Source: the human T2T-CHM13v2.0 reference genome, Homo sapiens. From it: a DNA stretch of 64,000 bases. The stretch is from the NCBI RefSeq assembly GCF_009914755.1, contig NC_060934.1. The stretch is one strand, 5' to 3'. The notes beneath the pieces were generated by a model. The model ran no database searches. It was not told the origin of the DNA and saw only the letters and a program-made list of their open reading frames with translations. A program made the translations under genes and the position numbers. Below, piece by piece: positions 1 to 15,918 of this stretch (its first letter is position 1; every line of letters begins with the position of its first letter).

Positions 1-635
1 GGGGCTGCCCCATCTCCCCATCTCAGGGTGAAGGGGGTGTCCTTTCAGCCCCCAGCTGGGGCGTCTCAGGAATGAGGAGGGCGCGCCCAGGGAGTTGCTC
101 ACCGAAGCCCCGAGGAGGCTGGGTGCAGAGTGTAAGGACGCCGTTTCCAAGGCAACCAGGGGAAGAGAGGCCATTTAGTGATTCATTTTTACATCTGGTA
201 ATTTGGGTATGCAGAGGCAGGCTCAGCCATTTCTGCCCCCAGATTCAACATCATTTTCGGAAGAGCCAATGTATTGCGCCAGCAATTTATTTTCAGCAAC
301 TAAATACTATGTATTCCTCAGAAAAGCTCTGGGAGGGTGGGGCTCATTGGGCGGTCCTGTGGGGAGCAGCCAGTGGGAGGGCGCTTGCGTTGTGATGTCA
401 GCTCTGGAAGGACTTAAGAGATGGGGTCATTAGGGCTGGCCCCTTCACTGAATAGCAGAAAATGGGCTGCTCAGGGCAGGGCCGGAGGGCTATCCCCTCC
501 CACAGTGCCCAGTGTGACTCATGAGATGGGGGGACCCCAGAGAAAGCAAACAGGCCTTGGCTCCCACCTCTGGGCAGGCCTCACCCACCCAGTGGCAGCC
601 CCAGCTGTGTCTCAGGGGCTCAGGGGGCAGCTTGA

Positions 636-1029
<394 letters not shown>

Positions 1030-1468
1030 TGAATGGAAATTTATAGGAATTTCAAACACCCCTGCTGTGGTCCTTGGCACTGCACTGTATATGCTTTGGC
1101 CATGGAATCCGAGTGCCTTCAAAAAGGCCCCCATGGCACCTGGCAGGAGCAGGAAGAAGGCCTGGAGCAGGAGGCAGCAGAGCCCACTCCAAGCCCTGCT
1201 CAACCCTGGAGCTGGGGAGCTGTGCGGCTTAGGTATCCACTGGTCTCTCTGTGCTCCCACTGCATCTGCGCAAGGAAGGGCTTGGCCTGGTGGGCTTGGA
1301 GAGCCCTCTGGCTATGATTTGGAGTACATGCCTGCCCCCGACAGTGCGCCTCCACCTCCCCACAGGGCACAGGAGGCCTGGGCCATCCCTGATGGAGAGG
1401 AGGGCCCTGAGGCACAGGTGCTGGGCCCATCAGCACTCACCAGGCTCCTGCCCCTCCAGGTAACTCAC

Positions 1469-1566
1469 GTGAACGGGGCATCCTCGCCCTCCTGTGCATG
1501 GCAGGTGCCCCCATTTTCACAGGGGCCACTGGAACAGCTGTCCAGGGACACCTCACAGTCTCGACC
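1469..1566 (-). CDS. SLIT1: SLIT1 exon 28 (EGF2, part): [33 protein letters not shown]
   Basis: 98 nt, phase 0-2, cccag acceptor, gtgagt donor. Confidence 0.97.
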
Positions 1567-1680
1567 CTGGGGGGAAAGTCAGTGATGGGGACCCCAGGGA
1601 GACCCAGGAGTTAGTATGAGCCAACAGCCAGCCAGACCCTCAGCAGCTCAGCCTCTCCCTGTCCCAGGAGTTACTTGTTT

Positions 1681-1737
1681 TCATTCATTCATTCGTCCAC
1701 TTCATTCATTCATTCATTCATTCATTCATTCATTCAT
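1681..1737. repeat. (TCAT)n microsatellite, probably an L2 3' tail
   Basis: tcattcattcatt run next to L2-like sequence. Confidence 0.85.
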
Positions 1738-1865
1738 ATGTTAAGTCATTAATTACAGGTTCACTCAAGCATCTGCTCTGAGTCAGGCAGTGCTCTGGGC
1801 CCTGGGGACAGCCCTGCAGTGTACACGAAGAGCCCTCCTCCTCCCCGGCCTCTGCCTCCACTCAC

Positions 1866-1990
1866 CTTATAGCCGCTGGGGCAGGCGCACCTGTACACCT
1901 CAAGGGGGTCGTTGTGGCAGGTGCCCTGGTTCTGGCACGGACTGGACAAGCAGAGATCACACTTGGCCTGGACAGCCAGCGTTGGAGGAC
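1866..1990 (-). CDS. SLIT1: SLIT1 exon 27 (EGF1): [42 protein letters not shown]
   Basis: 125 nt, phase 1-0, tgcag acceptor, gtgagt donor. Confidence 0.97.
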
Positions 1991-2838
1991 CTGCAGCAAG
2001 GGGAGGGTGCTAGTGCAGGGGGAGGGGTGGGCAGCACAGGGCTGGGCACAGAGCACCTCAACCCCGAGGAGCCCATGTCCAAGGAGCCGTTTCCCCTCCT
2101 GATTTTTCCCCAGATCGTGCTCACACTCCCCTTGCACTGCCCACCTTTCCAGCCTCCAGACCCTTTTCTGTAAAATGGGGTTAATGACAGCCCCTCCCTC
2201 TGGGCTGGAAGGGCTAAAGCAGTGAATTCCAGTGTGCAAAGCATGCTTGGCAGGCAGGCGGGCGGGCACTGTGCACAGTGGCCATTAGGGCCGCATGATC
2301 CATGTAAGAAGGGGACAGTTGCTACCACCGAAGTTGGCCAACCCTTCCTCTTTCCCCTCATGCCCTTCTGAGGCAATGACCCCATCCTGACACCTGCTGA
2401 CTAGGAGGACAGAAGGTGGTCACCTCGGCAGAGAGGAGACGGTGACTTTGTGAGCATCGTGCCCAAGCTCGGCTCTGCAGGTTGGCCACACCAGGGAGCA
2501 GGGGTTGTTACCCTCCATGCCTGAGCCAGGGAGGACCATTTTCCCCCACCTCCCTGCTACAGCAGGCCCCTCCAGCATCTCCAGGATGCACTGGTTGTAG
2601 AAGTAACCAGAGGAGCCGACAGCCAGGCCGCCTGGGACACCACCCGTAAGGGGCAGCAGGATCTCAGGAGACTAAATAGGAAGACCAGTGAACTCAGGCT
2701 TCCCCAGAAGATGCCTTCTAGAAGGGGTGGAATATTACTCCTGCTGAAGAGGCATGAGCATGAATAGAAATAAAAACACTTTTCAGCAACGACTAGCACA
2801 CATGACGGACTTCTGGGGTAGAGATGGGGTTCTGTTTC

Positions 2839-3154
2839 CTTTCTTTTTTCCTTTATTTTCCTTTATTTTTTTTTTTAGACAGGGTCTTACTCTGTCACCC
2901 AGGCTGCAATGCACTGGCGCACACATGGCTCACTGCAGCTTCAACTTCCTGGGCTCAAGCAATCTTTCCATCTCCACCCAGTAGCTGGGACTACAGGCAC
3001 ACACCACCATGCCCAGCTAATTTTTAAAATTTTTTTGTAGCAACAGGGTCTCTCCATGTTGCCCAGGCTGGTCTCGAACTCCTGGGCTCAAGCGACCCTC
3101 CCACCTCAACCTCCTAGAGTGCTAGGATTACAGGTGTGAGCCACCACGCCCAGC
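2839..3154 (-). mobile_element. Alu (AluJ-like)
   Basis: Alu dimer; TSD tggggttctgtttc at 2825-2838 and 3155-3168. Confidence 0.93.
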
Positions 3155-4132
3155 TGGGGTTCTGTTTCTTGATCCAGGTGCAGGTTACCTGGGTGAGTTC
3201 AGTTTGTGAAACTTCAGCAACCCATTCACTCATGATCTGTGTACTTTAATGTGTGTGTTCTCTTTCGATAAAAATAATAAAACAAAACAAAACCCCTTCT
3301 CACCAGCACCAATCCCACCCCATTAAATAAACACAGAGCAAAGGTTTCAGCATAAATTGACTTGCTCCCAACAGCCAAGCCGCAGATCAGGCCCCCCGGA
3401 GCCGTTACGGCTGTGACAGCATCCTGCATGCAGGGTGGCCCAGGGCCTCCTCATTAACCTACAGCTGTCAGCTTCATTTCCAACAGTGGCCTCTGAGCTT
3501 GCAGAGGGCAGGAGCCGTGCTCCACGGCCTCCAGTGTCCTCCCCCCGCTGTACCCCTGCACATAAAGCCCGGCCCCGGCGGCCACTCAGCCACCTGTCTG
3601 TGCTCAGCAGGGCTTCTGGGGCTTGAGCTGTCAGTCACTCAATCCCTGAATGAGTATTTACAAATGCCCACAGTGGAGGGTCCCGGGGCAAAGCCGGAAC
3701 CAGCCTCCAGTGACACTCCAGCTCTGTATTTCTGTAAATGTCGGGAGAGTGGCTGCTGGGACCCTTGCTCCACCAGGGACTGAGAGAGGTCTAAGTTAAC
3801 TGCTGAACACAATTCCTACCAAAGGGAGGTCTGAGCGCATGCTCTGCTGCGAGGCTTGGAGCTTCCAGAAACACTGCTGCTATTTTTATTTTCCTTATGT
3901 AACCACAGGGAGGGATTACGGCCCTGACGGCCTGGGATTTTTCTGCCTGGCTCTTTTTGTCCATGATATGTCAGGATTGGAAGGCAGCCATCAAGCCGCA
4001 GGTGCCTTGTTCCTGTCCCCTGACCCCCCGCCCAGCGGTCACCACAGGGACGCAGGCATGTTAGGAAGGCCCTGCAGTGTTGGGCAAGTTCTGTGAGCCC
4101 CCAGCAGCAGGAGGCTGTGCTCCTAGGCTCAC

Positions 4133-4758
<626 letters not shown>

Positions 4759-5937
4759 TAAGCACTGCATATGCATTGTCTCACTTAGTCATCACCACAC
4801 GCTACTATTCTCATTTTACATGTGCAGAAACCGAGGCTCAAAAAGGCTGAGGAATTTGCCTAAGATCACACAGAGAAACGGGAAGCTGTTGGGGCCATGC
4901 TGTTGGGGCCAGAGCCTACGAATGCACTGCCTCCAGTGTGCATGGGGAGAAAGCAACCCACATCGACTGCTGCAATGAGACAGCTGCTTTTCCTGTGTTT
5001 GGGCACCGAATCATCTCATCAGCCCCACTGTGCAAGTTTTCTCCTCTCCATCTCAAAGATGTGGGCACCGAGCCTCCCATGGAATAAGTAATTTCCCTGG
5101 GGTCACACAACTAGCTAAGGGCAGCCCCTGGATCCAGATGTGCCGCTGTCTGCCTCCGAAGCCCATGCTCTTTTATTTTTCTTTGCATTTTTAATTAAAC
5201 AGAACACATGAATGCATTCTCATTGTCAGCCACTTTCAAGCATTGCAGACAAAGCAAGTGTCTGCCCTGCACAACACTGTGAATGATTAAATGCCACCGA
5301 GTTGCACACTTTTTAAAAAATGCTTAATTTGGTATTATGTGAATTTCACCTCAATTTTTTTGAAGGCACATTCCTGTGTTACTGATGGGGGTGCAAAATA
5401 GTAGAGCGCCTGTGGAGGGGAATTGTGTGACACTTATCATATGACTTATGCAATTGCCTTCTGATCCAGCCATTGTTTCTGGGCGTTTACCTGTAGGCAC
5501 ACATAAAGACATCTGTGCAATGGGCCTATTTGTAATGGAAAGACTGGAAACCCCATGTTCATCAATGGGGAGTGGTTATATAAATTGTGATACATTCACA
5601 TTACGAAAAACAAAAGTCTACACCCCACTGTCACTGCCCTCCACAAAGGGGCACACAGTCACAGGGTCACCATGCTCAGGCGTGTAGCCTTCCAGGCCTT
5701 TCCCACACGTACACACGTGGTTCCTCCTTACAAATCACATCACTACTGAGCAGCTTGCTCCTTGTCACTAAACAGCACGTCTTGGGAATCTTCCTGGTCA
5801 GCATATAAGCATCTATCTCATTGTGTCCAACTGTTCCGCAATATCCCAGAGTGGATATCCCATGGCACAGTGGACAGCGTCCCTGTTGCTGGACATTCTG
5901 GTTCTTTCCAATGGCAGTGAATACTCATACGTGCCTC

Positions 5938-6248
5938 TTTTTTTTTTTTTATGAGACAGGGTCTCACTCTGTGGCCCAGGCTGCAGTGCAGTGGTACGAT
6001 CTCAGCTCACCGCAACCTCTGCTTCCCAGGTTCCAGTGATTCTTGTACCTTAGCCTCCTGAGTAGCTGGGATTACAGCGTACACTACCACGCCCACCTAA
6101 TTTTTTTTTTTTTTTTTTTGTATTTTTAGTAGAGATGGAGGTGTCGCCAAGTTGGCCAGTCTGGTCTCAAACTCCTGGCCTCAAGTGATCCGTCCACCTC
6201 AGCCTCCAAAAGTGCTGAGGTTACAGGTTTGAGCCACTGCACCTGGCT
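5938..6248 (-). mobile_element. Alu with expanded middle A-tract
   Basis: Alu consensus motifs on minus strand. Confidence 0.92.
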
Positions 6249-6543
6249 CCTTTTTGTGTGGTGTGAGAATTTCTCTAGAACAGATGCCTAGAAGTAGGAT
6301 TTGGGGGTCAGAGGAAGCACGTGTAATATGCTAATAGCCCGCCCCCAACTGCAAAGGTTGTATCCACTTACACTGGCCATCAGTACAAGGCTGGGCCTGC
6401 TCTCACGCCTGCACCAACATACTGCCAACCCCTTTGTTTCTTACCAATCTGATGGGCAAGCTCAGAATCTCTCCACTAAACCACATGAGAGACTTAGAGA
6501 TGGACAAGACATGGATTTTAGGGTAAGAAAGAGCCAGAATTCC

Positions 6544-6842
6544 GGCCGGGTGAGGTAGCTCATTCCTGTAATCGCAGCACTGTGGGAGGCCGAGGCAGGC
6601 AGATCACCTCAGGTCAGGAGTTCGAGACCAGCCTGGCCAAAATGGTGAAACCCCATCTCTACTAAAAGTACAAAAATTAGCCGGGTGTGGTGGCACATGC
6701 CTGTAGCCCCAGCTACTCGGAAGGCTGAGGCAGGACAATCACTTAACCCGGGAGGGGGAGGTTGCAGTGAGCTGAGATCATGCTATGGCACTCCAGCCTG
6801 GGCGACAAGACTGAAACTCAGTGGAAAAAGAAAAAAGAAAAG
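6544..6842 (+). mobile_element. Alu (AluS-like), followed by GA-rich tail to ~6894
   Basis: ggccggg start, Alu dimer. Confidence 0.93.
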
Positions 6843-7870
6843 AGAGAGAGAGGAAGGAAGGAAAGGAGGGAGGGAGGGAGCGAGGGAAGGAAAAGTGGGC
6901 CAGAGTTCTCTGACTCAGCAAATATGAATGCCTTATGCCTAAAGTTCATTGATATCAACATTATTTTGAAAATATAAGGCTAAATAACGTGAATGAGAAT
7001 GGGCACATTTACTAAATAACCAATGGATGCCTTGCCATTTTCCACCTGTTTCTGGGCAGGACAGAGGAAGCAGTTACCCTTGAGACCTGTACAACCTGAT
7101 TAAAGCAGCAGTGGCTCTGAACAGGAATTCCCCAAAATAGCTCAGCTGATGATTCACAATCTTATAAAGCAGGCTGAACAAGACCTGGACTCCGGCCCCC
7201 ATGCAGCTGCCCCGTGCCTGGGCGACCTTGAGTGGCTCCCTTAATATATCTGGGGGTCACTTCATGTTTCAATAAAGAGCCTGCAACCTAGAGGGAGAAG
7301 ACAGACAAGCACGCATGACCTAAAAGAGGTGCTGAGGGAACAACACAGCTCAGAAAAGAGAGCAGGTTCGACCTCGGCATGTGTTTCATTTTTTTCTTTC
7401 CTTATTTGCTGACAGCATCCATCCTGGCTAACGGGATGGGTGATTTTTTTCTGAAGTTCCAGTGTGTTTAGAAAAACAAAGACTTTTTAAGATAACAGGA
7501 ATTTTTAAATGGTGGTATATTTAAAATGTTTACACTCACCAGATTAGTATTTTTATACTAACAAAAAGTGTGATGTCACATAAGTATGTTATTCGAAAGA
7601 TAAATACACAATGTATTTCTAAGTATTTTTTATAGCACATGATAAGGAGTGTGGCCTGGCAATGAGCCACAAGTTGAAAGATGATTGGGAATGCTTTATT
7701 TCAGTCCTGTAGCTCATTTAGAGAAAAATGCCAAAAAGATGAAATCTGAGGCCCTGTGAAAGAGAGGGCCCACGGCGTGGCTTACGGTCCCTCCATAAAT
7801 GTCAGCAAAGTGACACCTGAGATGTAAGTGCTCCTTCCCCTCTCTCCATCATAAAAAAAATATGGGTGCA

Positions 7871-8204
<334 letters not shown>

Positions 8205-8700
8205 AAAAAATATGGGTACAAAGTCACGTCTAAAGCTATTCAAAAATATAAATTCTGGATTGGCCCACACTTGCTTTTCCTTGTTTCTATACTGAATAGA
8301 CTCTGAGCCACACCTGAATTCAACATTACAAGCTTTCATTTATCCAAAGGCTGGATTTTCGGGGCTGAGGACTGCCTTGCCCTCTCTTCGGTAGTACTTG
8401 TAGTTTGCATTCATCTGGGGACTATTTCTCCTGACGAAAACTCCTGTGAACTCAGTGGGGAGTGCAGAGCCAAGGCCCGACTGAGATGTATTTGGTGGTC
8501 AGGGGTTGGGGAGGCAGACACCGCAGCCAGGCCACGCCAATCCAAAAGGACTGTGGATTCAGGTTTATACCCCAGCCAAAGTAAAAATAACCCTGTGTTG
8601 TTGATCTCTGGCATAATATGGAAATAGTTGAAACAGTAGCTATTTGATCTGTTCATGCCAAGGCCCTACCCAGCTCCTATTTGCGTAACCTGGACTGAAA

Positions 8701-8719
8701 TAGCGCCCCCTGGCTGTCT
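8701..8719 (-). promoter_or_regulatory. Candidate CTCF motif
   Basis: minus strand AGACAGCCAGGGGGCGCTA vs consensus TGGCCACCAGGGGGCGCTA; one conserved C missing. Confidence 0.4.
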
Positions 8720-9064
8720 TACAAGTCACAGAATCATCCATCCCACTCCTAGGCGATCTATCTGTGCGCATCACTGTCTCCTGCTGCATTTGAGGGCAGA
8801 AACCACTAAATCCCCAGCTGTGTCAGGCACTAGCAGGCACCAGTCAATGTCTGGTGAATGAATGAATGCCTGTCTAAAAGCATGAGAAAAGCACAACATC
8901 TTAGTGCAAAGGAAATTCAAAAAGAAAAGAACCACCTATCATCCCATAAATGCAACTGATTTGATTTTAGTGTATTCCCTTCCATTTCCTGTGTATATGT
9001 TTGTACATCAGAGTGTACAGTCTACTTTATTCTAGGTTTTCATCAAATAATAAGGTATAGTGTT

Positions 9065-9416
<352 letters not shown>

Positions 9417-12400
9417 CTATTCTGTCATATGGGCATGCCATAATTTACTTAATCCTTCCATATTTCCTTTCATGCCAAATTCTTAATGCATTTGGACATC
9501 TAGCTTTCCAGCCTACAGCAAATGAGAGGCAACAAAATGCCAGAGTATAGCAATGAAGACAGACATTGGGGAACCCTAGCCTGGGACCTGGTGCATAGTA
9601 GATATTTGCTGATGGCTGGCTGGCTGAATGGAAGATGAGTTAACTGCAAAGTAAATAGCAGCAGAGGATTGTGCAGGGTATTGAAGTCCAGCACAGTAAA
9701 GAGTGCTCACAATCATTACAGCATGTGTGAACCATGTGAGACCTTAGAAATCATCTTCGTGTAGGTAAGAAAATAGGCCTCAAGAGAAGAATAAATTGTC
9801 TGAAAGCCCATTGCAAGTTGATGGCAGAACAAGAACCTAAAGCCCCAAGTCCTGATTAGTCTAGAGTTCAAGGGTTTTAAATAGGAAGACTTCCCCTCTT
9901 CCACACACCCCTCCTCCACACTGCGAGTGGACAGGAGAGGCCCTGGCCAGAGTCAGATCAGGAGCAGGGCTTCTCAGTAACATCAGCACCTTCAGGAACC
10001 AGGAACACTGGATGGTAACTCCTGGCTAACCCTCGATTGTCACTTGTCATAGAGCCGTGTGCGAGGGCCTCCCTTCAAATTGCATACAGCTTTCACGAAG
10101 CCCGGAGTGAATGTAGTGGGTCTATGTCATCCTTTTACCGTTCTTCAATTCCTTATAAGTGCTCAATATTCTTTCTGGAAGAGTTGCAGGTCTTAAGCAC
10201 AGAGGCGACAACCACTGTATGTGTGTACATGACATATATCCCATCAATACTGCATGTGCATATGTGCAAACACATGAATATAAGTACACACACATCTTCC
10301 AGGCTGCTGCCTGTTTCCATCTTAAACCCTGGGTATAAAGGGCAGAGTTTATCCACAAGCTTTCTTGATAACAACTGAAGGTTTCTTTCACACAGATGCT
10401 GTTTCGTAGAGAAATTAAGCTTAGGTGCAATTAATAAACACATCTAATCAGTAAAACTGATGCCACTTTCTACAAGTACTGCTAACCTGATCTTTACTTA
10501 TTGGTTTATTTCTTATAAACTAGATCTGGCTTCTGGCCTGATATCACTGTTCTCCTAAAGAAAGTCTTAATTTATAGATGGGTATAGGCTCAACATTTGT
10601 TTTTGCAGCTTTGGTTTTTTTGGTTTGCTTAAAACATATGTTGTTTGTTCACCTCTCATTTGAAAAACAAAACCTCTAGATTTTGAGCTGGAGACAAGAT
10701 GTACTCAGGTGTTATTTGGTTCTCATGAGGAAGGAGAAAAGGTAGCCAACTGCACATCTGCACAGTTGAACCCCGAGTACAAGAGATACATTAAGGGGGG
10801 GCGGAAATGCAAAGGTGTAAAATGTAGACTAGATGCTGAAAAGGCTAAGGTGGACAGTGAAAGTGGACACTCGGCTATGCCCAGGTGTATGCAACAAAAG
10901 CTATGTGGTCCCAGGGTAGCAGCAGCCCTTGGTGCCCAGCAGAGACAAGCACAAATGCACTCTGGAGAGGAGCATCTCCAACTTAGCTCTTCAGAGTTCC
11001 TAAAGACATGTCAGCAAAAATGAGCATGCAACCAAAAATTACCCAACACAGATGGAAACAAGCCCCTGTGAATTCAAGTCAGTAGGAACAATAAACAACA
11101 CTGTCCCAACCTGGCCTATGTCCAGAGGCACCACCTCCAGCAGGGCTCACTCCTGCCTCCTCCCACCCCACTCACCCTCTGTATGTCACCATGGGCTTTC
11201 CAGGAGTTTCCTGAAACTCAGTTCCCCACAATTCCCTTTCTTTACACAATGAAGTGCAAACTCCCTAGCAGGCACAAATGGTCCTTCACAACAGAATTCC
11301 AATGTCCCTTTCCAGATTAATCTCCTCCCACCCCACATTCCTGCCCCAACCAAACACCCTTTATCCTATGCTGGACAACGCAGCATCCTTGAACATCCCA
11401 TTTTTTCATGTTCATGCCTTTGCACATGCTGTTCCCTCTTCCTAGAATTCCCTTCCTCACTTTCTCCAACTGGCCAACTCCTAGTTCCTTTCCAATGACA
11501 GCATAAATGGTACCTCCTCTGTGAAGCCCCTTGGACTTGCCCAGAGTTAGTCACTGCTTCCTTTGAATTCTCTTTATAAGATCCCAAATGGTCACAGTGG
11601 GCAGAAACCTTGTGTTAGTAAATTCTTCAGCACTAGAGTCACTCTGGTTACCCAGGATGTATTTATTAAGGCAATAGAGTAAAGAATAAATAGCGAGCTT
11701 TGGAATCAGACACACCTAAATTCAAATCCTAGGGAAGCTGCCTAAATTTTTAGAACCTAGGACTGTAAAATGGAAATAATAAATCAAATCCTACCACCTG
11801 AGGCAGAGCCCCTTACCCCTCCCACTTCCATGGCAGACATTACAAATCAATCACAGCACCCCTCCCACTGAGTCCAGGTCCAGCCCTGGAATCTTCAGTG
11901 CGGTCCTCAAGACAGTTCCTGCCAATCATGTGGAGCTGGCTCATAACATAAAACGCACTTCCCGGTTCAATCATGGGGTAATCAAGACCTTGTAGATGAG
12001 GCACAGAGTATAGTATTTGACTCAGGCAGACCCTCAAAGGGCAACACCTGTTACTATTTTATCTCCTGAAGTCTAAGATTGTTTGATGCACCGCTGATTT
12101 AACATGCTTTCTGAAGGGTGGGGAACATTACCATATTAAATATACACTCTGGTTTTAGAGTTTAAAATGTAGAAAAGGTGAGTCTTAGAGAAAATCTAGC
12201 GAGACTGATGAGTGAATGAACTTCAAGAAGAGTGGCTTGGGGCCCCAAAAGGCTCTCCAACCTGGGTATGCCTGCCCACCAGGCCCCTTTTAGGGCTTGA
12301 GGATGGGGCTGACAGCAAAAGGAGACAGTTGCACCTGAGGTGCCAGGCAGAGTCCACGTGGCCACAGTTCTCCTATCCTGCCTCAGCCAGTAATGCCAAG

Positions 12401-12489
12401 AGATGCCAGGAGAGAATGTGCCTGCTCAGTGCCCAGCCCAACCTCCAGAATTAGGATGGCCCTGTCACAGTCCAGTGCTTTTTGATTTC

Positions 12490-13085
12490 GTCTGTTTTTT
12501 ATATGGCAAAATATATATATCACATGAAATTTGCCACTTTCAACATTTTAAGTGTACAATTCAGTCACATTGATTGTATTCACAGTGTTGTACAATATCA
12601 CCACTACCTATTTCCAAAACATTTTCATCACCCCAAAAGAACTCTGTGCTCATTAAACACCAACTCCCCATGGCCCCTGCCTCCAGCTCCTGGCATCCAC
12701 CATTCTACTTTTTGTCTCTATGAATTTGACTGTTCTAGGTACCTCATATATACTGAATCATACAATATTCGTCCTCTTGTGTCTGGCTTATTTCACCTAA
12801 CATAATGCCTTCAAGATTCATCCATGTCATAGCACGCATCGGAACTTCATCATTTTTATGGCCAATACCCCATTGTATGTATGTAGTACGTTTTGTTTAT
12901 CATCTGTGGACATAGGCTGTTTCCAGTTCGGGGTTATTATGTAAAATGCTGCAGTGAACATTGGTGTACACACATCTGTTTGAGTCCCTGCTTTCCATTC
13001 TTCTGGATATACCTCTTAGAGTGGATTGCTGGGTTATACAGTAATCCTATGTTGAGATTTTTGAGGAATCAAGCCCACTGCTTTT
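12490..13085 (-). mobile_element. L1M (L1MB-like) 3' fragment
   Basis: typical old-L1 3'UTR text (aagtgtacaattcagt ... tgtctggcttatttcac ... attgctgggttata). Confidence 0.8.
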
Positions 13086-13639
13086 AAGGAATTCTCATAG
13101 CACTGCTAGCTAAATGGTTTTGGAAGTAATTCTACATTGAATTACAGCACCTATTGGAGGCAGTAAATTTCCAGAGCTTATCCTGCACTGTGTGAAGTCG
13201 GAGGCACAGTACTAGTGGAGCGCTTAAGAGCACTGGCCTAGGAGTCAGAAACCTCACCACCCTGCAGCTGTGCAGCTTTGGGCAAGCATCCCACTTTTTC
13301 TCCATCCATTTCCCGGTGTGAAAGATGAGAACCACAGCACCTATGTTGTAGGATAACTGTGAGGCGCACATTAGCTGAGGCAGGCGAAGTGCACAGCAAT
13401 CGATCAATGGTCATGACAACCTTCACTACCGCTTGCGAGGAACTGTTCTTCTACTCTATTGCTGTGGCTGATGAACCACTGGACATATAAGAGTCCCAGA
13501 AGGTGCACGTGGGAAGTTCCCAAGCTTAATTTCAGAGTAAAAGCAACAAACTCTGACAATCTCAGGAGGTGGGATCTTCTCAGAAACCAAGTCCTGTTGA
13601 AATCCAAAGAGGCCCAGAGAAAGGGGCTAGGGTACTCAC

Positions 13640-13711
13640 AGGTGAGACAGGGAGGTCACGTCTGCAAAGATGCCCTCTTGGAGGGTGGAGATGTCATTGC
13701 CGTGGAGAGAC
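13640..13711 (-). CDS. SLIT1: SLIT1 exon 25 (LRR): [24 protein letters not shown]
   Basis: 72 nt, within ORF 13636..13911, ctcag acceptor, gtgagt donor. Confidence 0.97.
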
Positions 13712-14488
13712 CTGAGAAGGGAAGAGGCTGCTGGTGCCTTATCCAGGGACAGAGATGGGAGACCTGCTGGAGGGAGAGGCCCAGCCCTCTGCAGAGAGGG
13801 GACAGGCCGTGCCTTCCCTCTAGGCCTCTCAGTCAGTGACCTGAAGGAGATGGCCCCTAGCTCAGCTGGCCACAGGGAAGAAATCCTCCAGGCAGACGGC
13901 CCTGTCCCCAAGCCCTTCGGAGGACTGAAACACTGTGTTTACATTACAAACAGGACCCGTGCACCCAGAGCCCTCCCTCTTTTCGTGGAGGACCCTAAGG
14001 GGGGAGGCGCTTCTTCTTAGGAAGTTAAGAAGGACAGCCACAGGTTAGGGCTGGGAGAATGTCACCTTGCCCCTGGTGGGCTGACTGAGGCCATCATAAT
14101 GGATGGACTGAGGGCTTTGATCCCAGGGCAAAAACCTCACAGTGAGAACTCACAGAAGAGGTTCACAAATCTCTTGCAAACAAACATTCTTTAATCTGAA
14201 CAGAAGTCTCACATGCAAATGAAGGGCCACCTTATTTTGGATGTCCCGCCCCTACCACCACAAACTCATCTTGGGGGTGACAGCAACCCCCATTTCTCAG
14301 ATCATTTCCCATGCACGCCCCAGCTTCTTGGGAATGAGAGTATCCACAGGGGCTTAAGTGACAGCACTCTGGACTCCACCATGGCACAGCGTGGGCCCTA
14401 GACATGGGAACATTTCTGCCCACCAGGTGGGTGGCAGGACCCTCAGTGGGGTGGATTTTCTGGCAGGATGGTGAGTGAGGAGACTTAC

Positions 14489-14560
14489 AGCAGGCGCAGG
14501 GAGCGGAGTCCCTGGAAGGCCAAAGGCGGGATGCACTGCAGGGCATTGTAGCTGAGGATC
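14489..14560 (-). CDS. SLIT1: SLIT1 exon 24 (LRR): [24 protein letters not shown]
   Basis: 72 nt, cgcag acceptor, gtaagt donor. Confidence 0.97.
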
Positions 14561-15165
14561 CTGCGGAGGAAGGAGATGGAGGAAGGGCACTGTGTTAGTG
14601 CCTGGCCCCTGTGGGCACAGCCGCCGCCCAGGACGTGGAGGTCCCTCTCACCCAGCAGCCTCCTCGGGCTCTGTGAGGGGAGGCAGAGCAGCCGGCAAGT
14701 GCATGGGCTGGGCTGCGCCCTAAGAAGCTGGTGGTCTTGGGCATGCCCCCTAATCCCTTCTGCCTCAATCAGTTCCCCCGACTGTAAAATAGGGACAAAA
14801 ATAATGCCAACTCCATAGGGCTGTCCTGGGGACGAAATCCAGGTGAAGCACTTAGCATCATGCCTGACTCCAATAAATCCTCAACAAAGGAGAGTTGCTG
14901 TTGTTATGATTGAGAACATTCCCTAAGGGGCTGCCCCAGCAAGGTGCATAGGCGAGTTCCCTATGAAGGTGACACCTGACTGCGGGGAGCTCACCGTCTC
15001 AGCCGACCACTTCCAGGGAGGACAGGCAAAGTCATCTACAATAATTTACTATTGAAAAGCTGTGACAGTGAGGAAGGTGCTGTCACTATTCCCATCTTAT
15101 AGATGAGGAGACTGAGGCCTTGAGAGGTGAAAAAACTTCTCCAGGGTCACATTATTAAGTCATTA

Positions 15166-15696
<531 letters not shown>

Positions 15697-15918
15697 TCAG
15701 CAATGAGAAAGAGCTACCGGCACATGCAACACCACACCATGGGTGAAGCTCAAAATAATCATGCTGGGCGCAGAAGCCAAGCAAAAACGACTTTCTCCAT
15801 TTGTATGTAAAACCCTAGAAAATGCAAACTAACCTACAGTGACAGAAAGCAGACCAGTGGTTGCCTGGGTCTCGGAGCTGGGAGAGGCAGGAGCAGGGGA
15901 TTATCAAGAATAGCACTC

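Noticed and set aside
1681-1737. (TCAT)n as a NOVA YCAY cluster between exons 27 and 28
   Set aside because: It is on the non-transcribed strand; the pre-mRNA reads (AUGA)n.
7416-7823. Plus-strand exon-like unit with strong acceptor and gtaagt donor
   Set aside because: Stops in all three frames; no promoter or partner exon identifiable, so not called as a gene.
8307-8624. 106-codon plus-strand open stretch with GPCR-like words (GWIFGAEDC ... HLGTISPD ... RAKARLRCIW), suggesting a nested GPCR pseudogene
   Set aside because: Motif spacings are 4-8 residues too short, there is no DRY or NPxxY, and an overlapping frame fits CR1/L3 ORF2 (LDFR) in order with other CR1 motifs. A 7tm_1 HMM search would settle it.
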